Origin: Chrysomallon squamiferum
Taxonomy: Eukaryota; Animalia; Mollusca
NCBI GenBank assembly: GCA_012295275.1
Contig: CM022673.1
Location: 9,858,001-9,922,000 of the forward strand
Direction: 5' to 3'
DNA length: 64,000 nucleotides
Shown one piece after another: positions 1 to 12,802 of the stretch. Each line of letters opens with the position of its first letter. Position 1 is the first letter of the stretch. The notes beneath the pieces are model-generated. The model made no database searches and was not told where the DNA came from. It saw only the letters and a list, made by a program, of their open reading frames with translations. The position numbers and the translations under genes are program-made.

Positions 1-550
1 ACTTTTTAAAATCTGCATTATTTTATTACAGCAGATGCAAGACACTCGTACCTGGCTGACATTAATTTTAATCTTATTTTCTTTTTATGCGTACTGTACC
101 ATTTCGAGTCATATCTGCTGTACTGAACTTTGTCATTGTCTCATTTTTTTCATTCTCGTTAAAAAAAAAAAAAAAAAAAAAAAAAATGTCTTTGTTTCTG
201 TCTTTCTTTTCTTGTCTTCTGTCGGCGTTTCTGTTTTTTTTTTTTCAATGTTGCTTTCTTCTGTACATAATTTTTCCTTGTTTTTTTTTTTTTTTTTGGT
301 TAATTGTGAAATTTTTTAAATATTTCTTTTTTTCGTTCTTTTATTCTCTTTTTTTTGTTGTTGTTGTAATTCCACGTTTTGTTTTAATTTATTGATAGTC
401 AAAATTATATTATCAGTTATCATAAGAAGATAAAAACAATATAAAAGAAAAGAAAAACAGAAGAAAGAATTTTTTTAAATGAAATCAAAGTTAATTATTT
501 TTATATTCACTTTGTTTCTTTCTTTTCTTTTTCTTCTTCTTCTTCTTCTT

Positions 551-581
<31 letters not shown>

Positions 582-1178
582 TTTTCATATAGTTCAATAA
601 CCGAGTGCACGAAACCTCGGCAATAATTAATTCATATTCCGCGTGCATTCTAAAAATAGAATGAGAGACCATGAATTGTGACTGATGACGCAATCAGACT
701 TAATAAATTAAACAGGGAACGCACCACAATTGAAGGATAAACAATAGAACGAATCTTTTTTTTTTAGAAAATAATAGAATACGTGGGATATGCAGACAAC
801 TTTTGATAACATTTCATATGATGTTACGAAGCAAATTTTGTCCATATTGTTAATGATCAAATAATGAGTAAACACATATCGATGAGTAATAATATTAGAA
901 AACTATTTAAATGAATTTTGTGATTTGATTTGTTAAAGTTGGTGGACTTTCTGTCTCACAGCAAATCGCGTGTTCCAAATTTCAATAAGAAAAAAAAATT
1001 TTTTTTAATAACTTAAATTCCTTTCATTCTACTTTAGAACGTAAACTGAATTGTTTTTCGATACATTCGAATAGTGATTTATAACAAAAACAAAAAAAAA
1101 ATATATAAAAAAAAAAAATATAATATAATAATTATTCTCTAAAAATACCACAAAAAAAAAAAAATTAATAATCTCATA

Positions 1179-1692
1179 ATGACTGTCGTAAAGATAGCAA
1201 TCGCGCGAAAACAGAAATCAGACGATTCACAGCCGCCATCTTGTTTCTCCAGATTCCGGAAGCGGTTGTCCATTCTGCTGCACACCCACGTCGTGCTGAT
1301 TCCTCGTCAGCACCCTGGCGGCGCTGGACGCGTCTTGCGTCATCGGTCAGATCATCTGTGATATCCTCATCATGAAAGGTAAGCGTCTTTTCTATGTTAG
1401 ATATATATGTCTGTATCTGTATCTGTATATGTCTTTCTGTCCATCAAGCCATCTATTTATCTCTCTGCCCATTTCTCTGGCTTTTAATCTGTCATTCGAT
1501 TTATATTTTTGTTTATAAATCCGCCTGTTTGTCTGTCCTTCTTTTTGACTGTTTGTCTGTTTTTCACTATCAGTAAATAATATCGAAAGATTTATTCTGA
1601 ATTTTTATTATGCTACATTTCTGCCAAGTTGCTTTAGTACAGTGACAAAATTGTAAAATATATGTAAATCAATCAGTGAATAAAGACATAAG

Positions 1693-1743
<51 letters not shown>

Positions 1744-4700
1744 ACCCTATCCCAGCAACATATAGATCACTTTAAAAATTAATAAAACAATATAAATAAA
1801 CAAACACTCAAAAAAGCATCACCATAATATCATTTAAAAATAAGCCCTGCACCTCCTATCACCTGTTGAGGTATTCACACCTGGAATATACCTGCCTTGA
1901 GGTTTATTTCCAAAGTGAACAGCGGGCCAACAGTGACCTCCGCTGTCTAACTCTCTTGTTGGCGGCTTTATAGCAAGGCCTGTTGGTTATTGTGCATTTC
2001 GCAGCGGTTATCAAGTTAATCTACACTGAACAGTAAGACTCCAGTCCTGCCCGCTGTGATTATCTGATGTATACTGAATCAAACAGTGCTAATTAGATGT
2101 GTTGAATATAAACCCCATGTAACTGTTTTTAAAAAATAATTTTTAATATTTGTAACGGTATTAATAGAGTGAAGACCAGCGTGCTAAGTGTATTAGTGGG
2201 GTTTTTTTTTTAAATAATTCTTTTATAATCTCCATTTATCTTTCAAACTGCAATAATTAGGTAGGCCAGTTCTTAATTTTTTTGTTTTTATTTCAAATAA
2301 AACAAGAGTATCAAAACAACTATAAATATGGATATATTTACATAAATGTTTTCTTTTAAATGTGCATGTATGTGTGTGTATGTATGTGAGGAAAATATGA
2401 ATTTATTTACATAATAATATCCTCAAACAAATAGACACACATATTAACATGTGCGTATGCATGTATGTATTTTTGTATATATTTATATATGTTTGTGTAT
2501 ATGCATTCATGAATAATGCATGAATTCATGTATTTAAGCATATATGTATATATGTGGATAGGAATATACGTATGCAATTGCATTATGTGTTTAGTACATA
2601 TTAGATATCCTATACTTAGGTTTTAAAAAATAACTTATAATCTTTATAAAACAGAGGAACTCCACGAGTGGCAAATACTGGACGGCAACCTAACGAAAGT
2701 TCTTATCAAGGAAATACCCAAACTGAACTCGAGTCGCTACGACCATCTGAATCTAGAAAAGATTTACGACATCCTCGTCTGGGAAGCTGGCGGTCATCAT
2801 GACGTCGATAACTTCAGACAGTTCCGCAGTCACAGCATCGTGGGTCAGTCGCTTCCAGTTGGCGGCGGCTTGGAACCCAGAGCAGCAGCCCACGGGACTC
2901 CGGACACAGGCAGGCAGAAAAGGTCAGCTGGGAATGGGGAGGAGGGAGAGGAGGAGCATTCTCTTCTCAGCGAACTTACACACGCCTTTCACCTTGGAAG
3001 TATGGCCATTCTGTCTGCGCTTTTACTAGAGGTAAGTCAGATCAGTCTTTTTGTAAGCAGAGAGACAGACACATGCAGAATGCATACGCAATAGATACAT
3101 TATTACGTATATACATTCATAGATATATATATATATATATATATGGGTGTCATACATTCGACTCCCGTCAGAATCATTTGACGGGGTTCGTGAGGTTGTG
3201 ATTGGACTACGTCCTTCATGCGCCAGCATGTTCCGGAATACTGTCTATGTGCAAAGTCTAATCAGATGTACATATGACTGAGAATATTCAAATCCTAAAA
3301 TACATACATACGTACATCCATGCATACATATTCATATATACACGAAAAAGACAAAGAATGGCGTACTTCGTGGAAAGCGATGATTACCCTCGGTTATTGA
3401 GTAACCTTTTTTTTTTTAAGGTTGTCTTGATGGCCTAACGGTAACATCGTCTGTCTTTGGAGTGCTTGATGTTAAGTTTTGTATATAAAGAAAATATATT
3501 ACTTTATTAATTAAAACAGTACCGCATATTAAACTGTATCCTATCTTCTTAATTTTCAGACAATTTTAAAGTCGTTTGCAATGGGAAGAAAAATACTCCA
3601 CCATAAACTTGAAGTAAGTAATCCATATATATATTTATATATACCCTTTACCCCTTCTAGACCGGAAAATAAAAATTAAGAACGGAACAGAATTAGATAA
3701 TTAACTGTATTATAACTGCATTGTTTCATACATACAAAGAACACAGCATTATATTACACTGTAATATCAAAAATGTATCAATACTTCTGGATAGACTAAA
3801 CATAAAACAAAAGATGAATATTCAGAATACTATTGTTATTTTTAATGATACTCTATGTTAACATTATAGTTCATTGCCATAAATATTTACTAACTGGTTA
3901 TTAATGATATCATTTGCAGTGCTTTGATACGTTTGTTGTTGCGGTATCTTGGTCGTTGGACGTTGCATTCTGGGAAGGCATCTGGGCCAAACCAGGAACG
4001 GAAGCAGCCACCATTTTGATTTTCATTCTGCCATGGCGAGTTGTCAGGATAGTAAACAGTAAGTTAAATCAGAAATTAATTAACAGAGATACTGTTAAAA
4101 AACACTGATATAAGACTAAAGTTAGAAGTAACATAAGACTTATGAACAACAGAATTATTAAAAACGAAAATTGTATATTTCAAACAAAAGTCTAGAATCT
4201 CAGTTTTGGAAATTTTTGAAGAAATCGTCTTTATCGTCATACATAAAGTCAATAATTTTCAAAATAACGGGACCAAATCAACTCATGGTAATTTTTTGTC
4301 TATCAGTATCTCTCTGTTTATTCAAACTAACATATACACAGAACACGGGGTATATTACCAGTGCAGTAAACAGAAACATGTTCATTCTGTTTTGTTACCA
4401 ATAAATAATTCTTCTTTTCAGGTTTTGTCTTGGTTATTCAACAGAAAGATCACGTACAGCTAAAGATAATTAAACAGAGATTTAGAGGTTCCGTGAAGAA
4501 AACAAGAGAACTGGCGGAAAAAACAAGTTCATACAAAGTACGATAATTTCAGTGATTAATTTGTCTGAATTTCGTTTTAAAAAGAAAAACCATTATACAA
4601 TTCGTATGTTATTTTTTAATAATAAATAAATAAATAAAATTTGATTGGTAAAAATTAAGAGTTTAGTATGATATACGCATTGAATAAATAAAAATTAAAA

Positions 4701-5912
4701 ACAAAAAAACAAAGAAGAAAAATACGTCTTAATCGTCAAAAATGTTATTATTTGTTTAACAGGAATGCAAAATAGTATTAATATAATTAGTTTCTTGTTG
4801 TTGTTTTTTTTAGCTGGAGACAAAGCAGCTACAGGGACTGTGTAGAAAACATGGTGCTACTGAGAAAGAGATTCAAGCTTGTGTACCAGGAGGTAAGATA
4901 TTTATCCTCATTATACATTTTTAAATAATAATTAAAAAAACAGCATCCAGAGATGCTAATATCACTGTAGATGTGAATATTCGGTAATGGAGTTACAAAG
5001 AACACTAAAGCTGTCTGTCTCTCTGTATAAATAAAGATCTGTGTACAGCTGAATTTACTTATATAGAGAAATAAACTGAAAGAAATATTATCATAAACAA
5101 AACAAAAAAACAAACAAAAAACCCCTTATATTTAGTAAATTTAAATATGGTTTACATCAAGCCGCTAAAGGCCAGACAAAACAGTTTGTTCGGTGTTTTT
5201 CGTAACCATCGTCTTAGCAAAACAAATAAACGAAATTTCCTTTTCTTATGAGGGTTACTTTCACGATTTAAAACAGTGTTTTATATATAAAACAAAAATA
5301 ACAATATCTTGTTTACGGTTTATTTAGATCATTGGTCGAAGAAAAAACGAACATCTATAATAGGTTTGTACCAGCTTTTACGACTGGTGGCTGGTCCTAA
5401 TAAATATTGTATATGTTTTAACTGTTTGGTGGATGTGTTATTGTTGTACAGAGTTATATGTGTTAGTGTATTATATCTTAACTCGTTGTCTTTATATATT
5501 TAATTATTATAATAATACTAATGCTATAAATATCACTGAGATTTTAATATATTAATATTTTATATATTTTAATTATTTTTGTGAATATTTTCAATGTATT
5601 ATTTATATTGGCCCTTTTTTCGGTTATTATACATTTTCGCATGATTATAATACATAATTATGTACTCGTCTTTAATTCCGTTATAGAAAATTAACAGAAA
5701 TGCCATAACGCCTTATCAATTAATATGGAAAGATAAATTTGCGCTTGTTAAAATAATAAATAAATAAATATCATCCAATAAATAGCTAAATAAAAAGAGT
5801 GAAAAGGAGCACGTGATTAAATGCATGATTCAAACTGAATTAACGTAAATAACACTGATAAAAATGTAAATGCCAAATTTAATTTACACTGAATATTCGT
5901 TTTGCCCAGAAG

Positions 5913-5946
<34 letters not shown>

Positions 5947-5990
5947 GCTGAGGTCCCGTTTTATTTTATTTTACTCTAGTCAGTTTAGTT

Positions 5991-6025
<35 letters not shown>

Positions 6026-7940
6026 TATAGTTTTATATATTTATTTATTTATTTATATATTTATCTATCTATTTATTTATAACATCCGATTCATTTAAAA
6101 ATTCGTTTGTTTGTACTTTAACACACTCGGCCGATTCATTCAGTTTAATTTATTCCAAAACTTGAAAACATGAAACTCTTTGACCTCGCCAGTCATATTA
6201 AGATTAATTATCATTCATCATCTTCTCTCGACACCGTCTTGATGAATGGAGAAACTTGCCGCTTTTGCACCAATGATCGATGGCAGAAAGCAGCTCCTTG
6301 TCTTAACGCTGTCAAAAGATAATTGTATGTTAAGCTACAGCCTTTGATAAAAGCCGAAACTCGAACGTTTCTGGCACTGCTAATTTAGGATCTGAACTCA
6401 GAATGACTAAGCGTTTGTCATAAACGTTGTCGATAATGACTAAGGTAGACGCAGGTGGAAAAAAAGTTTTGATATGAAGGAATTTTTTCGTTTTTTTTTT
6501 TTTTTTTTTCTAAAGTTTATTAATGTGACGAATGACTAAATAAATAAATCCGATAAGAATGGCATGTAAACAACAAAATGATGATGACGACGACGATGAT
6601 GGTTGTGTTGGTGGTGGTTGTGGTGGTGATGGTAACGGTGCAATGGTTTTTGCATAGTTGATGCTTAATAATAAAAAATGAATGTGTTATTATATTAGTT
6701 TTTTGGCAATATCGTAGAGATACAATACACCAAAGGATTTTCGTTAAAATACAAATGCTGTATGTTATGTCATTAGGGTTACAAGAAAATTAAAGTACAA
6801 ATATAATATATTCATTAGGCTTTCATTAAAATTCATGTATTGTAAGTTATGCATTATATGTCGTAAGTGACGCCACTGGGCTTTCATTATTATACAAATG
6901 TTGTAACTTATGCCATCAGGCTTTCATTATTATACAAGCGTTAGGCATGATGCCATTAGGCTTTCATTAAAACGCACGTGTTGTACGTTATTCCATTAAG
7001 CGTTCATTAAAAATATACAAAAAAAAAATAACGTGTTCTTCTTCTTCGTCACAGGAAAACGCAGAAAGAGCAGCATCCTGCCTGGACTCGAGAGTTTCGC
7101 TTCACTGGCTCTGGCCAGCGCTCTGGGAAGTCATCCGAGTCTGGCACTCGACTCCTCCTCATCAGAGGAGGAAGACGTCCGACCCAAACTGTCAAAACAG
7201 GTGAGCAACAGGATTTCAACGTCAAACGTTTCCACCAGAATAAATAAAACTTGACGTTTTATGATGTGTAGTACGTGTTGTGCTTGTTTTACTGATAATG
7301 TTTAAAACGTACCCAGCGTGTTAACTTTTATTTTGACGATTTTTTTTTTTTTTTTTTTTTTTTTGTTTTAGGTGAGTTTGGATCCGTCATTGCTCACCTT
7401 GTCTACAGGAAGCTTGGCTTCTGACGTCACGTTCGTGATTCCTTCTTGCGAAGACGCGTCCAGCGGTCACGACAACCCCGTCTTCGAGGATGACATGTCA
7501 CTGCCAACGTACGAGGAAGTAACAATGCCACAAGACGATGTACGTTTTCAGCGTTAATCTATCCATAAATGACATGCATACACACGTGCATAAATACATA
7601 AATACGTGCAAACATGCATGCATGCATACATACATACATACATACATACATTCATACATACATACATACATATACATACATACACATACATACATACATA
7701 CATATACATACATACATATACATACATATATATATACATTATACATATATGCATTTATTCATAGATACTTAAACATACAAGAAGACACCAAAACAAAATA
7801 ATACCGTGAAGTCAGAGATAAAAAGAAAAGGAAAAAAAAAAGGGGGGGGGAAAAATTAAATAATAATAATAATAATAATAGAAGGCAAAAAATAAAATAA
7901 ATTTTATCTTTATTTTTAGGACATGTATACTCATTTGTAA
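1179..7940 (+). CDS. HVCN1: Voltage-gated proton channel (HVCN1 family, molluscan Hv3-type), multi-exon; apparent +1 frameshift at ~1302
   Basis: Exons 1179(or acceptor 1253)-1378, 2655-3031, 3560-3613, 3920-4058, 4422-4537, 4814-4892, 7055-7200, 7372-7539(or stop at 7557), 7920-7940; all junctions GT-AG and phase-compatible. Translation: S1 LVSTLAALDASCVIGQIICD (selectivity Asp at 1327-1329), S2 HAFHLGSMAILSALLLE, HHKLE, S3 CFDTFVVAVSWSLD, S4 ILIFILPWRVVRIVNS, then a coiled coil ending LQGLCRKHG, collinear with Hv1. About 432 aa if one base near 1302 is removed. Confidence 0.9.
3143..3315 (+). mobile_element. 5'-truncated tRNA-derived SINE copy (same family as 12377-12570)
   Basis: Shares ATGGGTG.CATAC.TTCGA.TC.CGTCAG, TTGTGATTGGACT and GAGAATATTCAAATCCTAAAATACAT plus a (TACA)n tail with the 12.4-kb copy. 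A separate head fragment (GTTGTCTTGATGGCCTAACGGTAAC) lies at ~3420-3465. Confidence 0.7.
6740..7015. repeat. Degenerate ~40-bp minisatellite
   Basis: Recurring unit resembling TATGCCATTAGGCTTTCATTA(A/T)(A/T)ATACAAATGTTGTAA in an Hv intron. Confidence 0.6.
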
Positions 7941-9901
7941 AACATCTGACACTGGAACCTGCCCCCGAACAACGATTCGAAAGGCAACCTGATTTCCTAG
8001 CGTCTTCATGCTGTGATAAATATTTTCATTTGACCTAGGACCAAGCGTATACTAACACTTGACCGTTTGTTTCAAAACTTTTCACTGACTATTTATATAT
8101 ATTTATGAGCATTTATATCACATATGTATATATGCACACATTAAAGGACAACTATTTTATTAGCCAGTGTGTGTGTGTGCGTGCGTGTGTGTTCCACCTT
8201 CGTCGGAAAAAAAAGAAAAGAACATTCCAAAGGACAATGATTTTTTTTTTGTATGATGTAACAGAACCTTTCATTGGCTTGTGTATTTTAATAACAAATG
8301 TTACAAGAAATTTCACTGGTCATATCATCACGCGACCAGAAGAAGAACTATAAGAGTCATGGCGGCGATTGTTTAACAAAGTTAGATTATCTAGATTTAT
8401 GAAGCTTATTTGTTTTCATATCTTGACTTGTTTCCATGCCAACAGATAACTTCTTCAGTCCCGAGATACTCAACTTTGGAGTGAAGAAAAAGAAATAAAG
8501 AACGAAAGAAAACTTCTTTTCGAATTCAGTCAAAATTCGATGATGGACAATATGGCGGGCGAAGATCGCTATTCCAGTGCTGTGAGTTTTAGTATTTAAA
8601 TTCAACGTGTGCAAAGCGAAATGTGTAATTATACGACGTTACCCGTGTGTACAGAAATTACTGCATTAATAGTGCTATTGACTAAGAGACTTACTGTTTG
8701 TTGAACTGTACGAAAATCGTTGACGAGTGTACTGTGTGCGTGCAGTCTGTGAAAAGATGATTGGGAACTGGGACATTCAAAAGAAATGTACAATCAAAGC
8801 TAATACCGTATCCCCTTTACGTGAAAGCACGGAGATTAGGTTTTCGTAATTACACAATCAAACTATTACCGTATTTCCTTTATTTGAAGCACTGGGCTTC
8901 GGTTTTTCTATTCAGATTTCCCTCCTACAGATGTTTCACGATCAATTAACAATTACCCATGTATTTAATAAATGTGAATGGTATATATATATACATATCG
9001 AAGTAACCGTGTCATATAAATTATCAGAGTCATTACCATAATCTCTGTTAGAATTATTCAAGACTTTTTATACGTATATATAAACGCATTAAATGTTATT
9101 CTGAATAAAGTATTACAGTGCTTAGTATATTTTGAATGTACATGTGAAATGTTTGTGGATTGTTACCTTAGTCATCTGACTGATCTGTAGTTTGTGTTGT
9201 GTTTTATTTTTATTACTTTTTTAAAACCTTTTTTTTTTTTTTCAGTTATTCTGAAAAATTTGAATTTTATCAGTATTTCGCGTACATTTTCTTATTGTTA
9301 ATATGACTTTTTTGAATTTATAATTATTATTATTATTATTGTTGTTATTATTATTATTTAATTAATTAATTAATTTATTTATTTATTAATTTTTATTTAT
9401 TCAATTTCATTTTCGTATATTAATATATATAACAAAAACAATGAAAAAAAGGAAACAAACTTTTTATATATTTAATTTCTAAAATTTTCACTTTTCTAAA
9501 AAAATGGTAATGTATTATTATTTATAGTTTTTTATATATATATATATATTTAAGCAAACAATCATATGTTGACGTTAACAATTTTTTGTTATTATTTGCG
9601 TTAAATATTTATATACTTTTATAATACTATCTGAATATATCAGGTGCTATGTAACTTTAATTTGTTCGTATATTTGTAGTTTTTAACGAATGGAGTGCCA
9701 TATTTTAATACTGAAAAGGATACACTATCTTATTCTGATTTGAAAAAAACTATTTAGGAATGTTTCTTTAAATTCCTTTTGTTTCTTCTTCTTCTTTTTG
9801 AATTCATATTGTTTAAATTGTTTGATACACACACATACACACATACACATACACACATATATAGGCGCAATTTAATTTAATTTAATTTAATTTAATTTAA
9901 T

Positions 9902-9932
<31 letters not shown>

Positions 9933-10272
9933 TATATATCATGTCTCAGAGGGGAGGTCTAAGGGCTATTTTAAAGATAAAATTTGCGTTTTGCAAACTA
10001 ATTATTATGCATTTTTAATGTAACTCGCACTTTAATTGGAACATTTAATTGGTTAATGACGTCACATCGTTGTACCACAACCGAAATAAAACCTGAGATA
10101 GCAGCTTTTCTTGCTATGGCTTTAGAGTAACAAAATGGCAATACTGTCATGATTTTCTCCTATACCTCATATTCTTTTTTTTTGTTATGTTATTTACCAT
10201 ATAAATTAGTTTATTAATTGTTATTGTTATTGTTGTTGTTATTGTTACTATTATTATTATTATCACTATTGC

Positions 10273-10320
<48 letters not shown>

Positions 10321-10564
10321 TAGTTTCAGCTACAGAGTGCTCTTTGTTTTCACATAGCTGTGTTTCTTAATCTGCAACGATAATTTTTATTTTTGATAAA
10401 GCCTTAACTGTTTCGAAAAGGAATTTTGTATTACTAAATATTTTAGGAATATCAAATTTATGCATTATAAGTGCTTTGTTAACAAATGTGTGTTTTGTTC
10501 TTATTTGTTGTTTGACTGTTTGTATATCTCCCAATACATAATTATAACGTGCGAACTAACTGAA

Positions 10565-11200
10565 ATGTGTGTGCCTACATTAATATATGCCTTAAGAATA
10601 CATTCCTGAGTGCCTTAAAATACATTTTCTTGCTGAATTCAAAATATATTTTCATTAGTTCACGAATACGTTTATGGTGCCTTAAAATATACTTTATTGG
10701 TTATTTTCAGATTCTGTTTTCTCTGTGCCTTAAAATACGTTATATGAGTGCCTTCAGAATACGTTTTCCTAGAATTTTGAAATACGTTATATGAGTGCCT
10801 TCAGAATACGTGTTCCTAGAATTTTGAAAATACGTTTTCCTTGCGACTTCAGATTACGTTTCCAAGTGTTTTCAGAATGTATTTTACTTCGAATACCGTT
10901 AACACCCAGCGCCTTGTGAAATGTTTCTTTCTTGGTAAGGTGTTAAATTTACCATGTTCCTCGAAAAAACGTTTATTAAGTACCTTGAAAATTTATCTTC
11001 TGAATAAGTTTAATTTAACATGTTTTCTGTATAAGCCCTCCCTTGAGAATAGTTCATTCAGTGCCTTAACAGTAAATATTTCAGTGCCTTGAGAATTTGT
11101 TTTTTTTCCAGTTTCTTGAGAACAACATGCTTACGATGATTATCTTGGAAAACTGTTTTGTATGTGTCGTGTAGAAAAATATTTAAATACCTTGTGAATA
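10565..11200. repeat. Degenerate tandem repeat (GTGCCTT(C/A)A(G/A)AATACGTT core)
   Basis: Many copies of GTGCCTTnAnAATAC, including a near-exact duplication AAATACGTTATATGAGTGCCTTCAGAATACGT.TTCCTAGAATTTTGAAA at ~10732-10830. Confidence 0.6.
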
Positions 11201-11456
11201 TGGATTATATGAAATTGTCATTTTTATTTTTATTTATATCTCATTTATGAAATAAACGTTAAAATAAAAATAAAACAAATGTTTCTTCTTTTGTATTTTC
11301 TTCACTGAGTGTATGTATTTGTTTCTAATGAATGAATGTTGGTATAACAACAGTGGTATAATAAGCAATAATAATAGCAGTGGTGGTAGCAGCGGTAGCA
11401 GTGGCAGTAGCAGTAGTAGTAGTAGTGGCTGTAGAATATATGTAGAAGTATAGTAT

Positions 11457-11488
<32 letters not shown>

Positions 11489-11532
11489 TATATATACAAA
11501 AACCTTACACTAATTACTTATTTTCCTACCGT

Positions 11533-11578
<46 letters not shown>

Positions 11579-11582
11579 GCTG

Positions 11583-11615
<33 letters not shown>

Positions 11616-11890
11616 GTTTTGTGGTTAAGCCAACAACTTCGTTATACATCGATTCATTTTTCCGTTTGAACGTCCGTACGTTAGTACGTTCATTCATTTG
11701 TTTATTCATTCAGTCATCGTTCGCTGCCAATTATTTCATTCTTCGTTATTCATTCATTGATTCGTTCGTTCGTTTTCACGTTCGTACATCCTCATCCATT
11801 CACTCATTCATTGTGCGTTTACTCATTCATTCATTCGTCTTTCATTCTTTCGTTCTATTTCTCATTTATTCTGTGTATTTCTGAGCTATC

Positions 11891-11929
<39 letters not shown>

Positions 11930-12376
11930 CTTAATCCCCTCCCTTCATTATCTTCTCACTGTTTATTGGGGGCTGTTGACAGAAGCACCACACATACCTG
12001 TGTCGTAAGCGTCAATAAATCACAATAAAATCCAGTGTCATTTTAACACGGCAGCAAGGCTAAATTTAAATCCAAGTAAATAAAAAGTAAAAAAATCCAC
12101 TTGAGCTGTGTTTGAGTATCCATACACTTTAGGCAGATCGAAGATCACGAACAAGGACAATAAATTGTTCAGAGATTCAGAGAAAAGTGTGATATGTGTG
12201 CGTGTGCGTGCGTGTGTGTGTCTGTGTGTGTGCGTGTGTGTGTATGTGTGCGGGCGTGTGTATATGATGTATCTGTAAGTATGTATACACATATACATAT
12301 ACAAATTCATAACTATACATACATTCATACAAACATACATACAGTTGTAACATGCATAAAGATGACATCAGAAAAC

Positions 12377-12570
12377 GTGGGTTGTCTTCGTGGCCGAACG
12401 GTAACGTCGTGCGCCTTCGGAGTGCGGGCGAATGGGTGCCATACGTTCGAGTCTCGTCAGCGGAATCTGACGGAATTTATGAAATTGTGATTGGACTTTG
12501 TCCTCTTGTGCCAGTTTGTCTAATAAGACAGAGAATATTCAAATCCTAAAATACATGTATACATACGTAT
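12377..12570 (+). mobile_element. Full-length tRNA-derived SINE with ~30-bp flanking direct repeats
   Basis: A-box TGGCCGAACGG, B-box GTTCGAGTC, (TACA)n-like tail. Flanks are GTAACATGCATAAAGATGACATCAGAAAAC (12347-12376) and GTAACATGGATAAAGATGACATGAGAAAAC (12571-12600). Confidence 0.8.
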
Positions 12571-12802
12571 GTAACATGGATAAAGATGACATGAGAAAAC
12601 ACATCTTGAAAGCTTTGTTGTCGAGATGAGATGCTTTGGGTGGAACGGGAAATAGCTATCAAACCTGAAGCCTTTTGTGATTCAGCCCTACAGTCGTAAT
12701 GACAGTTAATCTGTGTGTCCTTGAAATCAATATAGAATGTTAATTTTCGAAAAATACTTAAGAGATCTCTTATTTCCTAAATATAACTGAAGTAGTTATA
12801 TA

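Noticed and set aside
35-693. ORFs 35-319, 87-395 and 475-693 as proteins or an Hv first exon
   Set aside because: Low-complexity translations of poly-A/T and (TTC)n tracts; no convincing phase-compatible exon could be assigned.
12383-12460. tRNA gene
   Set aside because: A and B boxes are present but I found no cloverleaf; it continues into a SINE body and tail shared with 3143-3315 and has flanking duplications.
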